Shown here in pieces: positions 9,790 through 21,030 of a DNA stretch of 64,000 nucleotides (within the stretch, counting starts at the first letter, position 1; the number at the start of each line of letters is the position of its first letter). Below the pieces are notes generated by a model, which ran no database searches, was not told the origin of the DNA, and worked only from the letters and a program-made list of their open reading frames with translations. Made by a program: the position numbers and the translations under genes. The DNA comes from Ignavibacteriota bacterium (GTDB lineage: Bacteria > Bacteroidota > Ignavibacteria > UBA10030), in NCBI GenBank assembly GCA_963701295.1, contig OY969585.1, positions 2,208,001-2,272,000 on the forward strand. Reading direction: 5' to 3'.

Positions 9790-9806
9790 ATCAAGGTCTG
9801 TACCAA
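9790..9806 (-). promoter_or_regulatory. sigma54-like -24/-12 promoter
   Basis: Minus strand TTGGTAC-AGACC-TTGAT versus consensus TGGCAC-N5-TTGC; correct spacing, variant -12. Confidence 0.45.
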
Positions 9807-9876
9807 TGTTGGAACATTTAAGAGAAAATCATATCTGGATGCTATTTCAAATATAGTCGTCTATTATAAGACTCTT

Positions 9877-9965
9877 GTCATACCCGCTAAGTTTAAGCAG
9901 GCATCCAGAATTCTGGACTTCTTGTCTGACCAGCGGACAGGCTGATTGAGACATTTGTGAGTGAC
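9877..9965. repeat. Degenerate REP/REPIN-like palindromic element
   Basis: GTCATACCCGC...GCAGGCATCCAG-AATT-CTGGAC...GAGTGAC resembles the GTCAT...ATCCAG/CTGGAT...ATGAC repeat architecture. Confidence 0.45.
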
Positions 9966-10093
9966 AGCGCATTTTGAGTTGGTTTCTCAATAGTATATAA
10001 CACTTTCAGATGCAATTAGTTCCACTGTATTGTCTCTCTTGCATTAAGGAAGATTCTTACTTCGGGAAATGCAGTGTTTTACGGTTTGTTTTC

Positions 10094-10741
10094 TCAGAGC
10101 TTTAATAACTCATCAACTGAAATTGCCGAGAGGTCAGGAATAACTACGTTAACGTTGGGGAGTCTCTCTTTTGTTCCAATACCTAAAGCTTTCATACCCG
10201 CGCGTCTTGCAGATTCGATTCCAGCAACAGCATCTTCAACGACAAGACAATGGGCAGGAGAAACGCCAACTTTTTTTGCAGCAAGCAAAAAAACTTCAGG
10301 GTCTGGTTTAGAGTTTTCGATCTGATGGCCATCGACAATTGCGTCGAGTAAATGTTCGATCTTCACTTGCTTGATAATAGTCAAGGCATTGCGACTATTG
10401 GATGCAACGGCAATCTTAATTCCTCGATTTCTCAATTCGCGCAGTGCGGAAAGAGCGCCGGGGAGGAGCACTTCTGTTGTTACTTTTGAAAGAGATTCGA
10501 CAAAATATCTGTTCTTTCTATCCGCGAGTTCTTTTTTCTGCTCAGGAGTATATTGTTTTCCGGATGCTTTTGTTATGATCTCTACACATTCCATTCGTGC
10601 TACGCCGCGGAATTTGTGGTTGAATTCATGGTCGAAGAAATTAAATCCTTCCTCGGCTGAAAGTTTTTTCCACGAGTAATAATGATATTCATCCGTTGAA
10701 ACCAAAACACCATCGAGATCGAATAAAACTGCTTTTATCAT
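10094..10741 (-). CDS. pgmB: Beta-phosphoglucomutase (HAD family)
   Basis: FDLDGVL, FRGVARME, ASNSRNA, KPDPEVF, VVEDAVAG; start placed at MIKAV. Confidence 0.85.
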   Translation of the reverse strand: MIKAVLFDLDGVLVSTDEYHYYSWKKLSAEEGFNFFDHEFNHKFRGVARMECVEIITKASGKQYTPEQKKELADRKNRYFVESLSKVTTEVLLPGALSALRELRNRGIKIAVASNSRNALTIIKQVKIEHLLDAIVDGHQIENSKPDPEVFLLAAKKVGVSPAHCLVVEDAVAGIESARRAGMKALGIGTKERLPNVNVVIPDLSAISVDELLKL

Positions 10742-10830
10742 TGAATCAGTAACTCCACCATTTTCATAAATCATTTAATCATACACAAGATACAGAGAAG
10801 TCTCTCTATTTCAAAAAAAGCACTTCACTC

Positions 10831-10859
10831 TTGATTTCAAAGAAACCAATTGTTACACT
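10831..10859 (+). promoter_or_regulatory. sigma70-type promoter
   Basis: TTGATT, 17 nt, TACACT upstream of the 10899 gene. Confidence 0.55.
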
Positions 10860-10898
10860 CACATTGACACGATAAAACATTCATCCTTCATAACTCAA

Positions 10899-12404
10899 AT
10901 GCAGACATCGATGATTGATTTGCTCAAACGGTTTTGGCGTGAACATCCGTTGACCTCCATTATTCTTATTGCTTTTATTCCGCGTCTCGTTGCTGTATTA
11001 TTCTCCAAGGGTTACGGAATGCACGACGACCACTTCGGTCCTATTGAGCAACCATTCATCATTATGAATGACATAAGCTACTGGACTACCAGAACAACAC
11101 CACACGGGCATAGCATTGTCTATCCTTCAATTCATTATGTATTGTTTCAAGGATTCGAGGCTATTGGAATCCGAGATCCCCAGGCAAAAATGTATCTCGT
11201 GCGTTTCCTTCATGCGCTCTATTCACTTTTGATTGTATCTTTCGGTTATAAAATTGCTGAGGTACTGAGCAACCGTGAATCAGCAAAGAAGGCAGGGCTT
11301 ATCCTTGCACTCTTTTGGGCGTTTCCATTCCTCAGTGTTCGCAATCTTATCGAGATGGTTTGTATCCCACCGCTGATGGCAGGTTTCTACTATGCGCTGA
11401 TCTCCAAAAATAATGGAATGCGGAAAGCGTTCATTGCCGGATTGTGGTTCGGACTTGCGTTTGTATTCCGTTACCAAACCCTTTCTATCACAGGTACATT
11501 AGGGTTGATGTTTCTTTTCAGGAAAGATTTCAAGCAGATGGGATTGCTTGCTGCAGGTTTTTTCGTGACGACAATTATCATTCAGGGGAGTGCAGACATA
11601 TTTGCATGGGGATATCCATTTGCATCATTCCGTGAATATATGCTTTATAATGCATCCCATGGAAACGATTATACAACTGGAGCATGGTATAATTATTCTT
11701 TATTGGTGCTCGGTGCTTTTATTCCACCGATGAGTTTCCTCCTGTTGTATGGTTTTTTTAGGAATTGGCGGAAGACATTGTTGATACTACTTCCAGTGAT
11801 GGTATTCTTCGTTTCACATTCCCTTTTTCCCAACAAGCAAGAGAGATTTATTTTTCCTGTGATACCGATTATCTTAACGTTGAGTGTCGTAGGTTGGGAA
11901 GAATTTGTAAAAGAATCTGCTTTCTGGTCACGGCACCGGATCACATTGAAGTCGTTCTGGATTTGGTTCTGGGTACTTAATTTCATCTTGCTAATTCTTT
12001 TTTCGACTTACTATTCTAAAAGATCTAGAGTCGAAGCAATGTATACACTCTATGGAAAACAGATACAAGGTATCGTGATGGTAGGCGGAACATTAGGCAC
12101 AACACAACCGCCGATGTTCTATACAGGAGTGTATCCAATCTCAATTTATCTGATTAATAACGATGAACAACTTACTCAAATAAAAGTGACACTGAATGCT
12201 ACACCTATTCTCCCAAATTATGCTGTCTTCTTTGGGCTGGAAGATATTGATCATCGTGTTCAGCATATTGAAACCTCACTTGGATTGAAGCTTACATTAG
12301 AAAAACGCATAGAAGCGAGCTTTTTGGATGATGTATTCTATCGGCTGAATCCGCGCTTTAACAAGAACCAAACGGCATTTGTATTCGACATTGACACGAA
12401 ATAA
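10899..12404 (+). CDS. GT-C fold membrane glycosyltransferase, Alg9/PIG-B (GT22)-like
   Basis: Multi-TM; HDDH acidic motif in the first loop, LAFVFRYQ, HSLFPNKQERFIFP. Confidence 0.7.
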   Translation: MQTSMIDLLKRFWREHPLTSIILIAFIPRLVAVLFSKGYGMHDDHFGPIEQPFIIMNDISYWTTRTTPHGHSIVYPSIHYVLFQGFEAIGIRDPQAKMYLVRFLHALYSLLIVSFGYKIAEVLSNRESAKKAGLILALFWAFPFLSVRNLIEMVCIPPLMAGFYYALISKNNGMRKAFIAGLWFGLAFVFRYQTLSITGTLGLMFLFRKDFKQMGLLAAGFFVTTIIIQGSADIFAWGYPFASFREYMLYNASHGNDYTTGAWYNYSLLVLGAFIPPMSFLLLYGFFRNWRKTLLILLPVMVFFVSHSLFPNKQERFIFPVIPIILTLSVVGWEEFVKESAFWSRHRITLKSFWIWFWVLNFILLILFSTYYSKRSRVEAMYTLYGKQIQGIVMVGGTLGTTQPPMFYTGVYPISIYLINNDEQLTQIKVTLNATPILPNYAVFFGLEDIDHRVQHIETSLGLKLTLEKRIEASFLDDVFYRLNPRFNKNQTAFVFDIDTK

Positions 12405-12491
12405 TATGGGAACAAACCATATTTGGATTGTTGTTGATAGACTGAAGGAAGAGAGTTATTATCAAGGTGATCATCAAAAGGAACGTTCTAT

Positions 12492-13478
<987 letters not shown>

Positions 13479-13689
13479 CGGTTTATTTTCATAGGGTTCC
13501 GAATTGAAGTAAAAGAAAAATTTTGTCATTTAAAACTAGATTTTGTTTCTTAGATTCTTGTTGACTCGTCAAGAGTTCAAAAACAAGATATAAAACAGGG
13601 TTATGCTGGAGTATTCTCCGAGTGACTTCAGTCCTAAAGTCAACAGCAAATCACGTTGAATCAATCTTTACAAAACTATTACCATTGCT

Positions 13690-13718
13690 TTGAACTGCAG
13701 GGGACTTTTGTCTATATT
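13690..13718 (+). promoter_or_regulatory. Promoter directly abutting the guaA ATG (probable leaderless mRNA)
   Basis: TTGAAC, 17 nt, TATATT, then 5 nt to ATG at 13724; no SD. Confidence 0.55.
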
Positions 13719-13723
13719 CTCAT

Positions 13724-15268
13724 ATGGAACATACACAGACTCTTCTCGTCCTTGATTTCGGTTCGCAGTATACACAGCTCATTGCCCGGCGGGTACGGGA
13801 GTTGGGAGTCTATTCCGAAATCCACCCATTCAACTATTCCACCGATAAAATCAAAGACCAATGTCCAGTAGGCATCATTCTTTCAGGCGGACCATCAAGT
13901 GTCTACGAAACAAACGCACCAAAACCCGATCCCAAAATTTTTGATCTCGGTATTCCCATTCTCGGAATCTGCTATGGCCTGCAATTATTCGCAGATCGGA
14001 TGCATGGTAAAGTTAATTCTGCTGCACGCCGTGAATATGGCAAGGCGGAGCTTTTTATCGATGACCATAATGATCTCTTTGCCGGCTTAGACACATCAAC
14101 ATCGGTGTGGATGAGTCATGGAGATGCGCTGAGTCAACTGCCCGAGGGATTTGAACCGATTGCACATTCTCGCAATGCGCCTATTTGCGCAATCCGTCAT
14201 TTAGAGAAGAAGATGTTCGGTGTACAATTCCATCCTGAGGTAGTTCATACGCCAGAAGGAAAGAAAATTCTTGGGAATTTTTTATTCCTTGTATGTGGTG
14301 TAAAGGGGAATTGGACACCGGCCTCGTTTGTGGAAAAAGCGGAAAAAGAAATTCGTACCCAAGTCGGGTCTTCAAGAGTTTTATGTGCATTGAGCGGCGG
14401 CGTTGATTCATCCGTTCTTGCGATGCTCCTGCAGCGATCTGTGGGCGACCAGCTTCATTGTGTCCATATCAACAATGGTTTGATGAGGAAAAACGAAAGT
14501 GAGCAGGTTGTTCAGACCTTCCGTGATACCTTTCATATCAATCTTTCCTTTGTCGATGCAACAGATATCTTTCTATCTCGGCTTACGGGAGTGAGCGATC
14601 CGGAAAAAAAACGGAAGATCATTGGAAAGACATTCATCGAGGTCTTTGAAGAAGAAGCGAAAAAACTGGACGGTGCGGTAGAATTTCTTGCGCAGGGCAC
14701 ACTGTATCCCGATGTGATCGAATCGGTTTCATTCAAAGGTCCTTCCGTTACGATCAAGACACACCATAACGTTGGCGGGCTGCCGGAGAAGATGAATTTT
14801 AAGCTCATTGAACCGTTTCGTGAATTGTTCAAAGATGAAGTCAGGAACATTGGACGATTGCTTGGAGTGCCGGCAGATTTAATTGGACGGCATCCGTTTC
14901 CTGGTCCCGGACTTGCCGTGCGCATACTCGGTGACGTCACGAAGGTCAAGCTTGATTTGCTTCGCGAAGCTGACGACATATTTATTCAAGAATTGAAACG
15001 TTCAAATCTCTATAATGAAATCTGGCAGGCATTTGTTGTTCTCCTTCCAATCCGTTCCGTGGGTGTAATGGGAGATGACCGTACATATGAAAATGCAGTC
15101 GCATTGCGAGCCGTAACGAGTGTGGATGGAATGACGGCAGATTGGGCAAAAATTCCGAATGATATTCTTGCGCACATATCCAACCGAATCACGAATGAAC
15201 TGCGCGGCATTAATCGCGTTGTGTATGACATCAGTTCAAAACCTCCCGCTACCATTGAGTGGGAGTGA
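13724..15268 (+). CDS. guaA: GMP synthase (glutamine-hydrolysing)
   Basis: [44 protein letters not shown]. Confidence 0.98.
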   Translation: MEHTQTLLVLDFGSQYTQLIARRVRELGVYSEIHPFNYSTDKIKDQCPVGIILSGGPSSVYETNAPKPDPKIFDLGIPILGICYGLQLFADRMHGKVNSAARREYGKAELFIDDHNDLFAGLDTSTSVWMSHGDALSQLPEGFEPIAHSRNAPICAIRHLEKKMFGVQFHPEVVHTPEGKKILGNFLFLVCGVKGNWTPASFVEKAEKEIRTQVGSSRVLCALSGGVDSSVLAMLLQRSVGDQLHCVHINNGLMRKNESEQVVQTFRDTFHINLSFVDATDIFLSRLTGVSDPEKKRKIIGKTFIEVFEEEAKKLDGAVEFLAQGTLYPDVIESVSFKGPSVTIKTHHNVGGLPEKMNFKLIEPFRELFKDEVRNIGRLLGVPADLIGRHPFPGPGLAVRILGDVTKVKLDLLREADDIFIQELKRSNLYNEIWQAFVVLLPIRSVGVMGDDRTYENAVALRAVTSVDGMTADWAKIPNDILAHISNRITNELRGINRVVYDISSKPPATIEWE

Positions 15269-15343
15269 AATCAACGAAAAATAATTAGATGAAAGATGAA
15301 TCACTCATTTCGAGTTACTTGTCACTGATAACTGATCGCTTTC

Positions 15344-16066
15344 ATGATTGAACTGAAGAACGTCACAAAAAAATTTGGCAATTTTACCGCCGTCGACAAT
15401 CTGACCCTCACAGTACCGCAAGGAGAGTTCTTTGGATTTCTTGGGCCGAATGGAGCGGGAAAAACAACGACTATTAAAATGATTGTCGGTCTTTTTACTC
15501 CGACGACGGGCGATATTATTGTGAACGGTTATAACATTCTCACCCATCCGATAGAAGCTAAACAATCCATAGGATATGTTCCTGATATTCCGTTCTTATA
15601 TGAAAAGTTAACAGGCCGTGAATTTCTTTATTTTATCGGAGGATTGTTTCGCATTCCTAAAACAGTATTGCATGACCGTATTGCTGAACTCATCGACCGT
15701 TTCGAAATCGGTAGTTGGGTAGACAAACGGACAGAAGATTATTCGCAGGGGATGAAGCAGCGAATAACAATAGCCTCCGCTTTACTTCATCATCCAAAGA
15801 CCATTATTATCGATGAACCGTTAATAGGGCTGGACCCGCGGAGTGCAAAAATTGTTCGTGAGACCTTGCATTTACAGGCAAAGAATGGCGTTTCCATTTT
15901 AATGTCAACGCACAGTTTGGCTTTTGCTGAAGAATTATGTGGCCGTATCGGTATTATCAACAATGGACGATTAGTGTTGTGCGATACGCGGGAACAGTTA
16001 CAAATTCAGAAAGCACGGTATGACGGGAAATTTGAATCCGTTTTTCTTGAAGTGACCAAGCAGTAA
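15344..16066 (+). CDS. ABC transporter ATP-binding protein (ABC-2 type)
   Basis: GPNGAGKTT, YSQGMKQR, IDEPLIGLDP. Confidence 0.93.
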   Translation: MIELKNVTKKFGNFTAVDNLTLTVPQGEFFGFLGPNGAGKTTTIKMIVGLFTPTTGDIIVNGYNILTHPIEAKQSIGYVPDIPFLYEKLTGREFLYFIGGLFRIPKTVLHDRIAELIDRFEIGSWVDKRTEDYSQGMKQRITIASALLHHPKTIIIDEPLIGLDPRSAKIVRETLHLQAKNGVSILMSTHSLAFAEELCGRIGIINNGRLVLCDTREQLQIQKARYDGKFESVFLEVTKQ

Positions 16067-16071
16067 CGCGT

Positions 16072-17769
16072 ATGCTCATTCACATCCTCCGCTACAAATT
16101 CCTTTCATATATAAAAACAACTTTCGACAGGCGTCCTGTTTCTATCGTGCGGGGAGTAGCATCGCTGTTCGTTTTTAGCGGATTTGCATACGCTGCATAC
16201 TTGTTTGCATCGGAAGCAACACGCTTCATGCTTGATCACACACGCACGGGTCTCTATCTATTCCATACATTTATTTCGATGATGCTGTTCGTGTTTTTTA
16301 TTGCGGTCAATCTCGGCAATGTTATCGTCTCATACTCTACACTGTATCGTTCTATGGAAGTGAGCTTCCTTTTAACGAAACCAATTTCCTTTACAACTAT
16401 TTTTATATTGAAGTTTCTAGACAATTTCTTTTATAGTTCTACGACACTATTTCTCGGTGCGTTTATGATGTTGTTAGGATATGGTAGTTACTTTGGGTAT
16501 CCGTTGTATTATCTTTTAGGTGTTATGCTCTTTGTGCTTGTTCCATTTATGTTCCTTTCAGCATGTCTTGCTGTGTTGATTCTCATGGCGATCATGAAAC
16601 TTGCCGGCAAAATCGGATTTCGTAAGGTGATGGCAGGGCTTTTTATCGTATATTTCTTTTTCATTTATATATTCTTTAATGCATCCAATCCAATGACACT
16701 TGTTGAAAAACTCAATAGCTTTTTCCCGAACTTGGATGCGTATCTTGTACAGTCAACTCCGGGAATTTTTCGATATTTGCCGAATCAATGGGTGGTGGAA
16801 TTTCTCTACTATAGTGCTCGAGGAGAGATGATTCATGCCTTACCATATGCCGGCCTTCTCCTCTGTGTCACGGCAGCTGCTTTAGGTGTTTGTCTTTTTG
16901 TAGCGCGTCGATTTTATTATCGAAGCTGGCTGATATCACTGCAAGTGCAGTCGACCGTTCAAGCGCCCGCCAATCCGGCGCGAAAACACTTCTTCGATTT
17001 TCGGTCTCACAGTATCTTCTCTTCACAGATTGAAGTATTACTGAAGAAAGAACTATTGACATTCTTTCGTGAAGCAAGTCAGTGGATGCACCTTGTTGTC
17101 ATGATTATTCTCACGGGTCTTTTCTCTATCAGCGTCAGTAACCTGAATCTTCGTTTACATGTTTTGAATATGCATCTGATAACTTATTTAGTTTTGTTTG
17201 CTTTTGGCGGATTCATGGTAGGTTCCCTTGCGCTTCGATTCGTCTTTCCACTGATCGGGTTAGAGGGGCAAGCTTTTTGGACGCTCCGAACCAGTCCTAT
17301 CAAAGAAAGCAAAATTTTCCTGATTAAATTTTTCATGGGCTTTTTGATAGTGCTTATCCTTGCGGAATATATCGCAGTCTCAAGCAATATCCCATTTACA
17401 AAGATAACTGCAATGAGGCCGTTGTTACTGTGGTTTGGAATATTCAGTGCGTTTTGGATCTCACTCACGACCGTTACATTCAATCTTGGTTTTGGCGGCT
17501 ACTTTGCAAATTATCTTGAACGTAATCCGATCCGTGCAGCATCAACGCAAGGTGCAACACTCACCTTTCTCATGACGCTCATCTATCTTATCGTCCTCGT
17601 GGCTCTTGTTTTTATACCGATCTCGGCTTACTTTACCACAGTATTTCGATCTCAATATTTTCCAATGGAGTTGATCGTACTGCCGGGTATGCTCATCGCC
17701 GTTATTTCGTTTCTTCTCTCTGCGTTCGGCTTAATCATCGGTCTGCGGTCGATGCGCAGAGATTTTTAA
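16072..17769 (+). CDS. Putative ABC-2 type permease
   Basis: Roughly 12 hydrophobic segments, GLEGQAFWTLRTSP; follows the ATPase. Confidence 0.75.
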   Translation: MLIHILRYKFLSYIKTTFDRRPVSIVRGVASLFVFSGFAYAAYLFASEATRFMLDHTRTGLYLFHTFISMMLFVFFIAVNLGNVIVSYSTLYRSMEVSFLLTKPISFTTIFILKFLDNFFYSSTTLFLGAFMMLLGYGSYFGYPLYYLLGVMLFVLVPFMFLSACLAVLILMAIMKLAGKIGFRKVMAGLFIVYFFFIYIFFNASNPMTLVEKLNSFFPNLDAYLVQSTPGIFRYLPNQWVVEFLYYSARGEMIHALPYAGLLLCVTAAALGVCLFVARRFYYRSWLISLQVQSTVQAPANPARKHFFDFRSHSIFSSQIEVLLKKELLTFFREASQWMHLVVMIILTGLFSISVSNLNLRLHVLNMHLITYLVLFAFGGFMVGSLALRFVFPLIGLEGQAFWTLRTSPIKESKIFLIKFFMGFLIVLILAEYIAVSSNIPFTKITAMRPLLLWFGIFSAFWISLTTVTFNLGFGGYFANYLERNPIRAASTQGATLTFLMTLIYLIVLVALVFIPISAYFTTVFRSQYFPMELIVLPGMLIAVISFLLSAFGLIIGLRSMRRDF

Positions 17770-17770
17770 T

Positions 17771-17799
17771 TGCAACTTTCGTTGTGTTGTGGTAATTTT
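17771..17799 (+). promoter_or_regulatory. sigma70-type promoter
   Basis: TTGCAA, 17 nt, TAATTT. Confidence 0.5.
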
Positions 17800-17845
17800 A
17801 ACATCAGTAATCAATTAGCTTCACACTTTTTCTACGAAAGAATTA

Positions 17846-19846
17846 ATGAAAATTAAAAAATTTCTTCTTGCTGTCCTTTTTCTCATGTTGACTTTCTCAC
17901 GAGGTCTGTATTCTCAATCCTTACCGGATAGTATTGTCTTTAAGTCGGAAGTGGAGCGCGAATTTGTCGAGGCAATGAAATTGTTTCGAGCCGGAAAGTT
18001 CGATACGGCTTCAGCAGTGTTTGTTCATACTATCAAAGAGTATCCACGGAGCCATCGTACAACGAGTGCTTTCATCATGGGGGGAAAAGCCTATTATGAA
18101 TGTAAGAAATACAGAGAGTCGATTCGCCTCTTGAAGGACTTAATTGATCTCTATCCTCAATCCAGCTATATCGATGATGCACATTATACTCTTGGGTTGA
18201 ATTACTACCGAATGGAACGGTATGAAGATGCTGCGTCGGAATTTATCGTTGTCATTCAAATGTCACACGAGCAGCGACTTGTGGCTCAATCTAAGAAATT
18301 ATTGGAGATGATAACGTCGTCGTGCCTGACACTTGCGGAACTGCAGCTTCTCCGATTGGATGCAAAGAGCGAGGAGATGGTAGCGCTTGTGACTGAACGG
18401 ATTGCAGAGAAAATTCTGCGAGCGGGAGATTTTACTACCGCAGGGGAGATGCTTCACAAGGTGGCGGTTATGCCGCCAAATATTAAGTATGTCGCTGAGG
18501 CTCTTTCGCTCATAGAGCTGATAGAGAAACGTGGAGGAGTAAAGATTGGTGTTGCGTTACCGCTCATGCTTAAAGATGAAAATCCAGCGACACGAGCACT
18601 TGGAATAGAATTTCTCCAAGGTATTCAGCTCGCAGTTGACGAATATAATCAAACTGTTCCTGTGAAGATTGCTCTTGAAGTGCGGGATACAGAACGAGAT
18701 CCGGGTATTGCGGCTAAGCATGTGGCGGATCTGTGCAGCGATGAGAATGTGTCTGCTATTATTGGGCCGATTATAAGCGGTGAAGTCTTCGCTGCCGCAG
18801 GTATTGCAAACGAACGAGGTGTCCCGCTGATTACACCCACTGCAACAGCAAATGGCATTGCGGCAATCGGTCCTTTCATTTTTCAAGCAAATCCTGATTA
18901 CGATATAAGAGGACGAGCTGCAGCAGCGTTCGCCTACAGTACACTTGGTGCACGAAGATTTGCCGTACTTGCACCGACCGACGCTGTGGGGAAACAAATG
19001 GCGGATTCATTCATTGCCGAAGTCGATACACTTAACGGAGAGATGGTTGACGTGCAAAGGTACTCGGCAGGTACAAATGATCTGCGGATGGAGCTTACGA
19101 CGATGCGACGGAAGGCGTTGGAAAGATTCGAAGTGCCAACAATCGATTTTGGGGCGAAAATGAAGCAGTCTGAATTGAACAAATTTATCACTTGGGGTGT
19201 TAATCAACGCTTGCTGGACTCGCTTATCGAGCGAAGACTCACAGCTCCCGTAACTCTGCTCTTTGGTGAACGCGGAAAACTCATCGCTGATTCCTTACAA
19301 CTTTCGACGCATCTTGAAAGAATGAAATACGATAGTCTCGGATTTCCGGTTACGAATATCGATGCAATCTTTGTCCCAATTGCAAGTTCGGATGAAATTC
19401 CTATTGTTAGTTCACAGCTTAAATTTTTCAATATTCAAGCGCAGGTTCTTGGTACAGGCGATTGGAATGATATGACTGCACTCGATCAGAATCGTCAATA
19501 CACAGATAAAACAATGTTTGCAGTAGATACCTATACGAATTTCTCGAGCGATACATATCGAATATTTGCAGCGAAGTATCAGCGTGCAAACAATGATAAA
19601 CCTCCAGGTACTAATGCGTTGTTTGGCTATGATGTAGCGAAGATGATCATTCAAATCATTTCGCAGGGGAAAACACGGCGCGCCGATGTTGCTGCCGCTC
19701 TCGCACATATAGAAGAATTCGAAGGGCTGCATTCAAAAATATCCCTATCATTGAATCGTGTGAATGCATGCCTCACGGTACTGCAATACAAGAATCGCCA
19801 AATTCTTCGAATCGGAGAGATCGATCTCACCCGTCGGGGGAAGTAA
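17846..19846 (+). CDS. Periplasmic TPR + type I periplasmic-binding-fold protein (LpoA/LppC-like)
   Basis: Signal peptide, TPR helices (YPQSSYIDDAHYTLG), KIGVALPL, AIIGP, GYD near the C-terminus. Confidence 0.72.
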   Translation: MKIKKFLLAVLFLMLTFSRGLYSQSLPDSIVFKSEVEREFVEAMKLFRAGKFDTASAVFVHTIKEYPRSHRTTSAFIMGGKAYYECKKYRESIRLLKDLIDLYPQSSYIDDAHYTLGLNYYRMERYEDAASEFIVVIQMSHEQRLVAQSKKLLEMITSSCLTLAELQLLRLDAKSEEMVALVTERIAEKILRAGDFTTAGEMLHKVAVMPPNIKYVAEALSLIELIEKRGGVKIGVALPLMLKDENPATRALGIEFLQGIQLAVDEYNQTVPVKIALEVRDTERDPGIAAKHVADLCSDENVSAIIGPIISGEVFAAAGIANERGVPLITPTATANGIAAIGPFIFQANPDYDIRGRAAAAFAYSTLGARRFAVLAPTDAVGKQMADSFIAEVDTLNGEMVDVQRYSAGTNDLRMELTTMRRKALERFEVPTIDFGAKMKQSELNKFITWGVNQRLLDSLIERRLTAPVTLLFGERGKLIADSLQLSTHLERMKYDSLGFPVTNIDAIFVPIASSDEIPIVSSQLKFFNIQAQVLGTGDWNDMTALDQNRQYTDKTMFAVDTYTNFSSDTYRIFAAKYQRANNDKPPGTNALFGYDVAKMIIQIISQGKTRRADVAAALAHIEEFEGLHSKISLSLNRVNACLTVLQYKNRQILRIGEIDLTRRGK

Positions 19847-19849
19847 AAG

Positions 19850-20575
19850 TTGAAACAGATTCGCGAAACAATAAAGGTCTTGGAACCGACGTTTTATCAC
19901 GTTCCTATCAAAGGTTGGCCTGCAGACGAACGTCCCCGCGAGAAACTCCTCCAACGTGGAGCAAGTAATCTTACGGATGCTGAATTGTTGGCAATTCTTA
20001 TTCGGACAGGAAAGAAGGGTATCACTGCTGTCGATCTCGCGCGGCATCTCTTGACAGAAGAAAGAACATTGCGAGATATTTCTTCGATGTCGGTTGAAAA
20101 AATTCGGTCATTAGGAATAGGTGAAAGTCGAGCTATCGCCATCGTTGCAGCGTTTGAGCTGGCGAAGCGATTGCCGGAAATAAGGGGTAAAGAACGACTC
20201 ACGATTCACTCACCTGAAGATATCATCCGGCATTCTGGTGTGAAGCTGAGAGAACTCGTACAGGAAGAATTGTGGGTCTTTCCATTGAATGCAGTCAACC
20301 AACTTCTTGAACCAAGACAAATAAGCAAAGGAATTCTGAACTCATCACTCGCTCATCCACGAGAGTGTTTCCGTGAAGCGATAACCCAATCTGCTGCTGC
20401 GGTTGTTTTCGTGCATAATCATCCCAGTGGTAATCCGGAACCAAGCCAAGAAGACCTTGTTATCACAAAACAACTTGTAGACGCCGGAAAAATTATCGGC
20501 ATAGCGGTGCATGACCACATTATTATTGCGGGGGACAAGTTTACCAGCCTTGCTGAGCGAAAATTGATACTGTGA
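19850..20575 (+). CDS. radC: RadC / JAB-domain protein
   Basis: RPREKL, LTDAELLAIL, HPRE, HNHPSG...PSQED, DHIII. Confidence 0.93.
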   Translation: MKQIRETIKVLEPTFYHVPIKGWPADERPREKLLQRGASNLTDAELLAILIRTGKKGITAVDLARHLLTEERTLRDISSMSVEKIRSLGIGESRAIAIVAAFELAKRLPEIRGKERLTIHSPEDIIRHSGVKLRELVQEELWVFPLNAVNQLLEPRQISKGILNSSLAHPRECFREAITQSAAAVVFVHNHPSGNPEPSQEDLVITKQLVDAGKIIGIAVHDHIIIAGDKFTSLAERKLIL

Positions 20576-20636
20576 GTAATCTATTTCTTACTTCAAAATG
20601 ATTTACTATTTGTGTTAATATTCTTAAAAATTTTAC

Positions 20637-20665
20637 TTGACTTTTTTTACTCTTATTCTTAATAT
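20637..20665 (+). promoter_or_regulatory. sigma70-type promoter
   Basis: TTGACT, 17 nt, TAATAT. Confidence 0.6.
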
Positions 20666-20737
20666 GTGTCGAGTTTTATTAGAGGTTGTATAGATCCCCC
20701 AGTCAGTACACTATGTCATCGTAAGGAGAAGAACACA

Positions 20738-21001
20738 ATGAAAAAACCTTTCGCCCTCATTATCATTGGATGCGCGATGGTAATAGGCTCATTCGTTGGC
20801 TGCAGCAGTAAACCTTCAAATGAAGAAATGCAGCAGTTAAACGATTTGAAAGCAGCAGTGACATCGCTCGAAAAAGGAATTGCGGCACGTGAATCCGAAA
20901 AGGCTGCTCTATTGAAATCAATTGCAGATAAGGATGCACAACTGGCGCAATGCGCCAAAGACAAGGAAGCACTTCAACAGCGTCTTCAAGGTGTGAAGTA
21001 A
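20738..21001 (+). CDS. Small coiled-coil lipoprotein
   Basis: AAGGAG RBS, MKKPFALIIIG...FVGC lipobox, heptad-rich body. Confidence 0.8.
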   Translation: MKKPFALIIIGCAMVIGSFVGCSSKPSNEEMQQLNDLKAAVTSLEKGIAARESEKAALLKSIADKDAQLAQCAKDKEALQQRLQGVK

Positions 21002-21030
21002 TCGGATAGCCCAACAAGGAGATTAAAAAA

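Noticed and set aside
13556-13650. Possible purine riboswitch upstream of guaA
   Set aside because: Only small hairpins, no purine-riboswitch core, and the likely promoter lies downstream of them
19850-20575. radC as a mobile-element marker
   Set aside because: Full-length chromosomal type, 3 nt after a housekeeping-like gene
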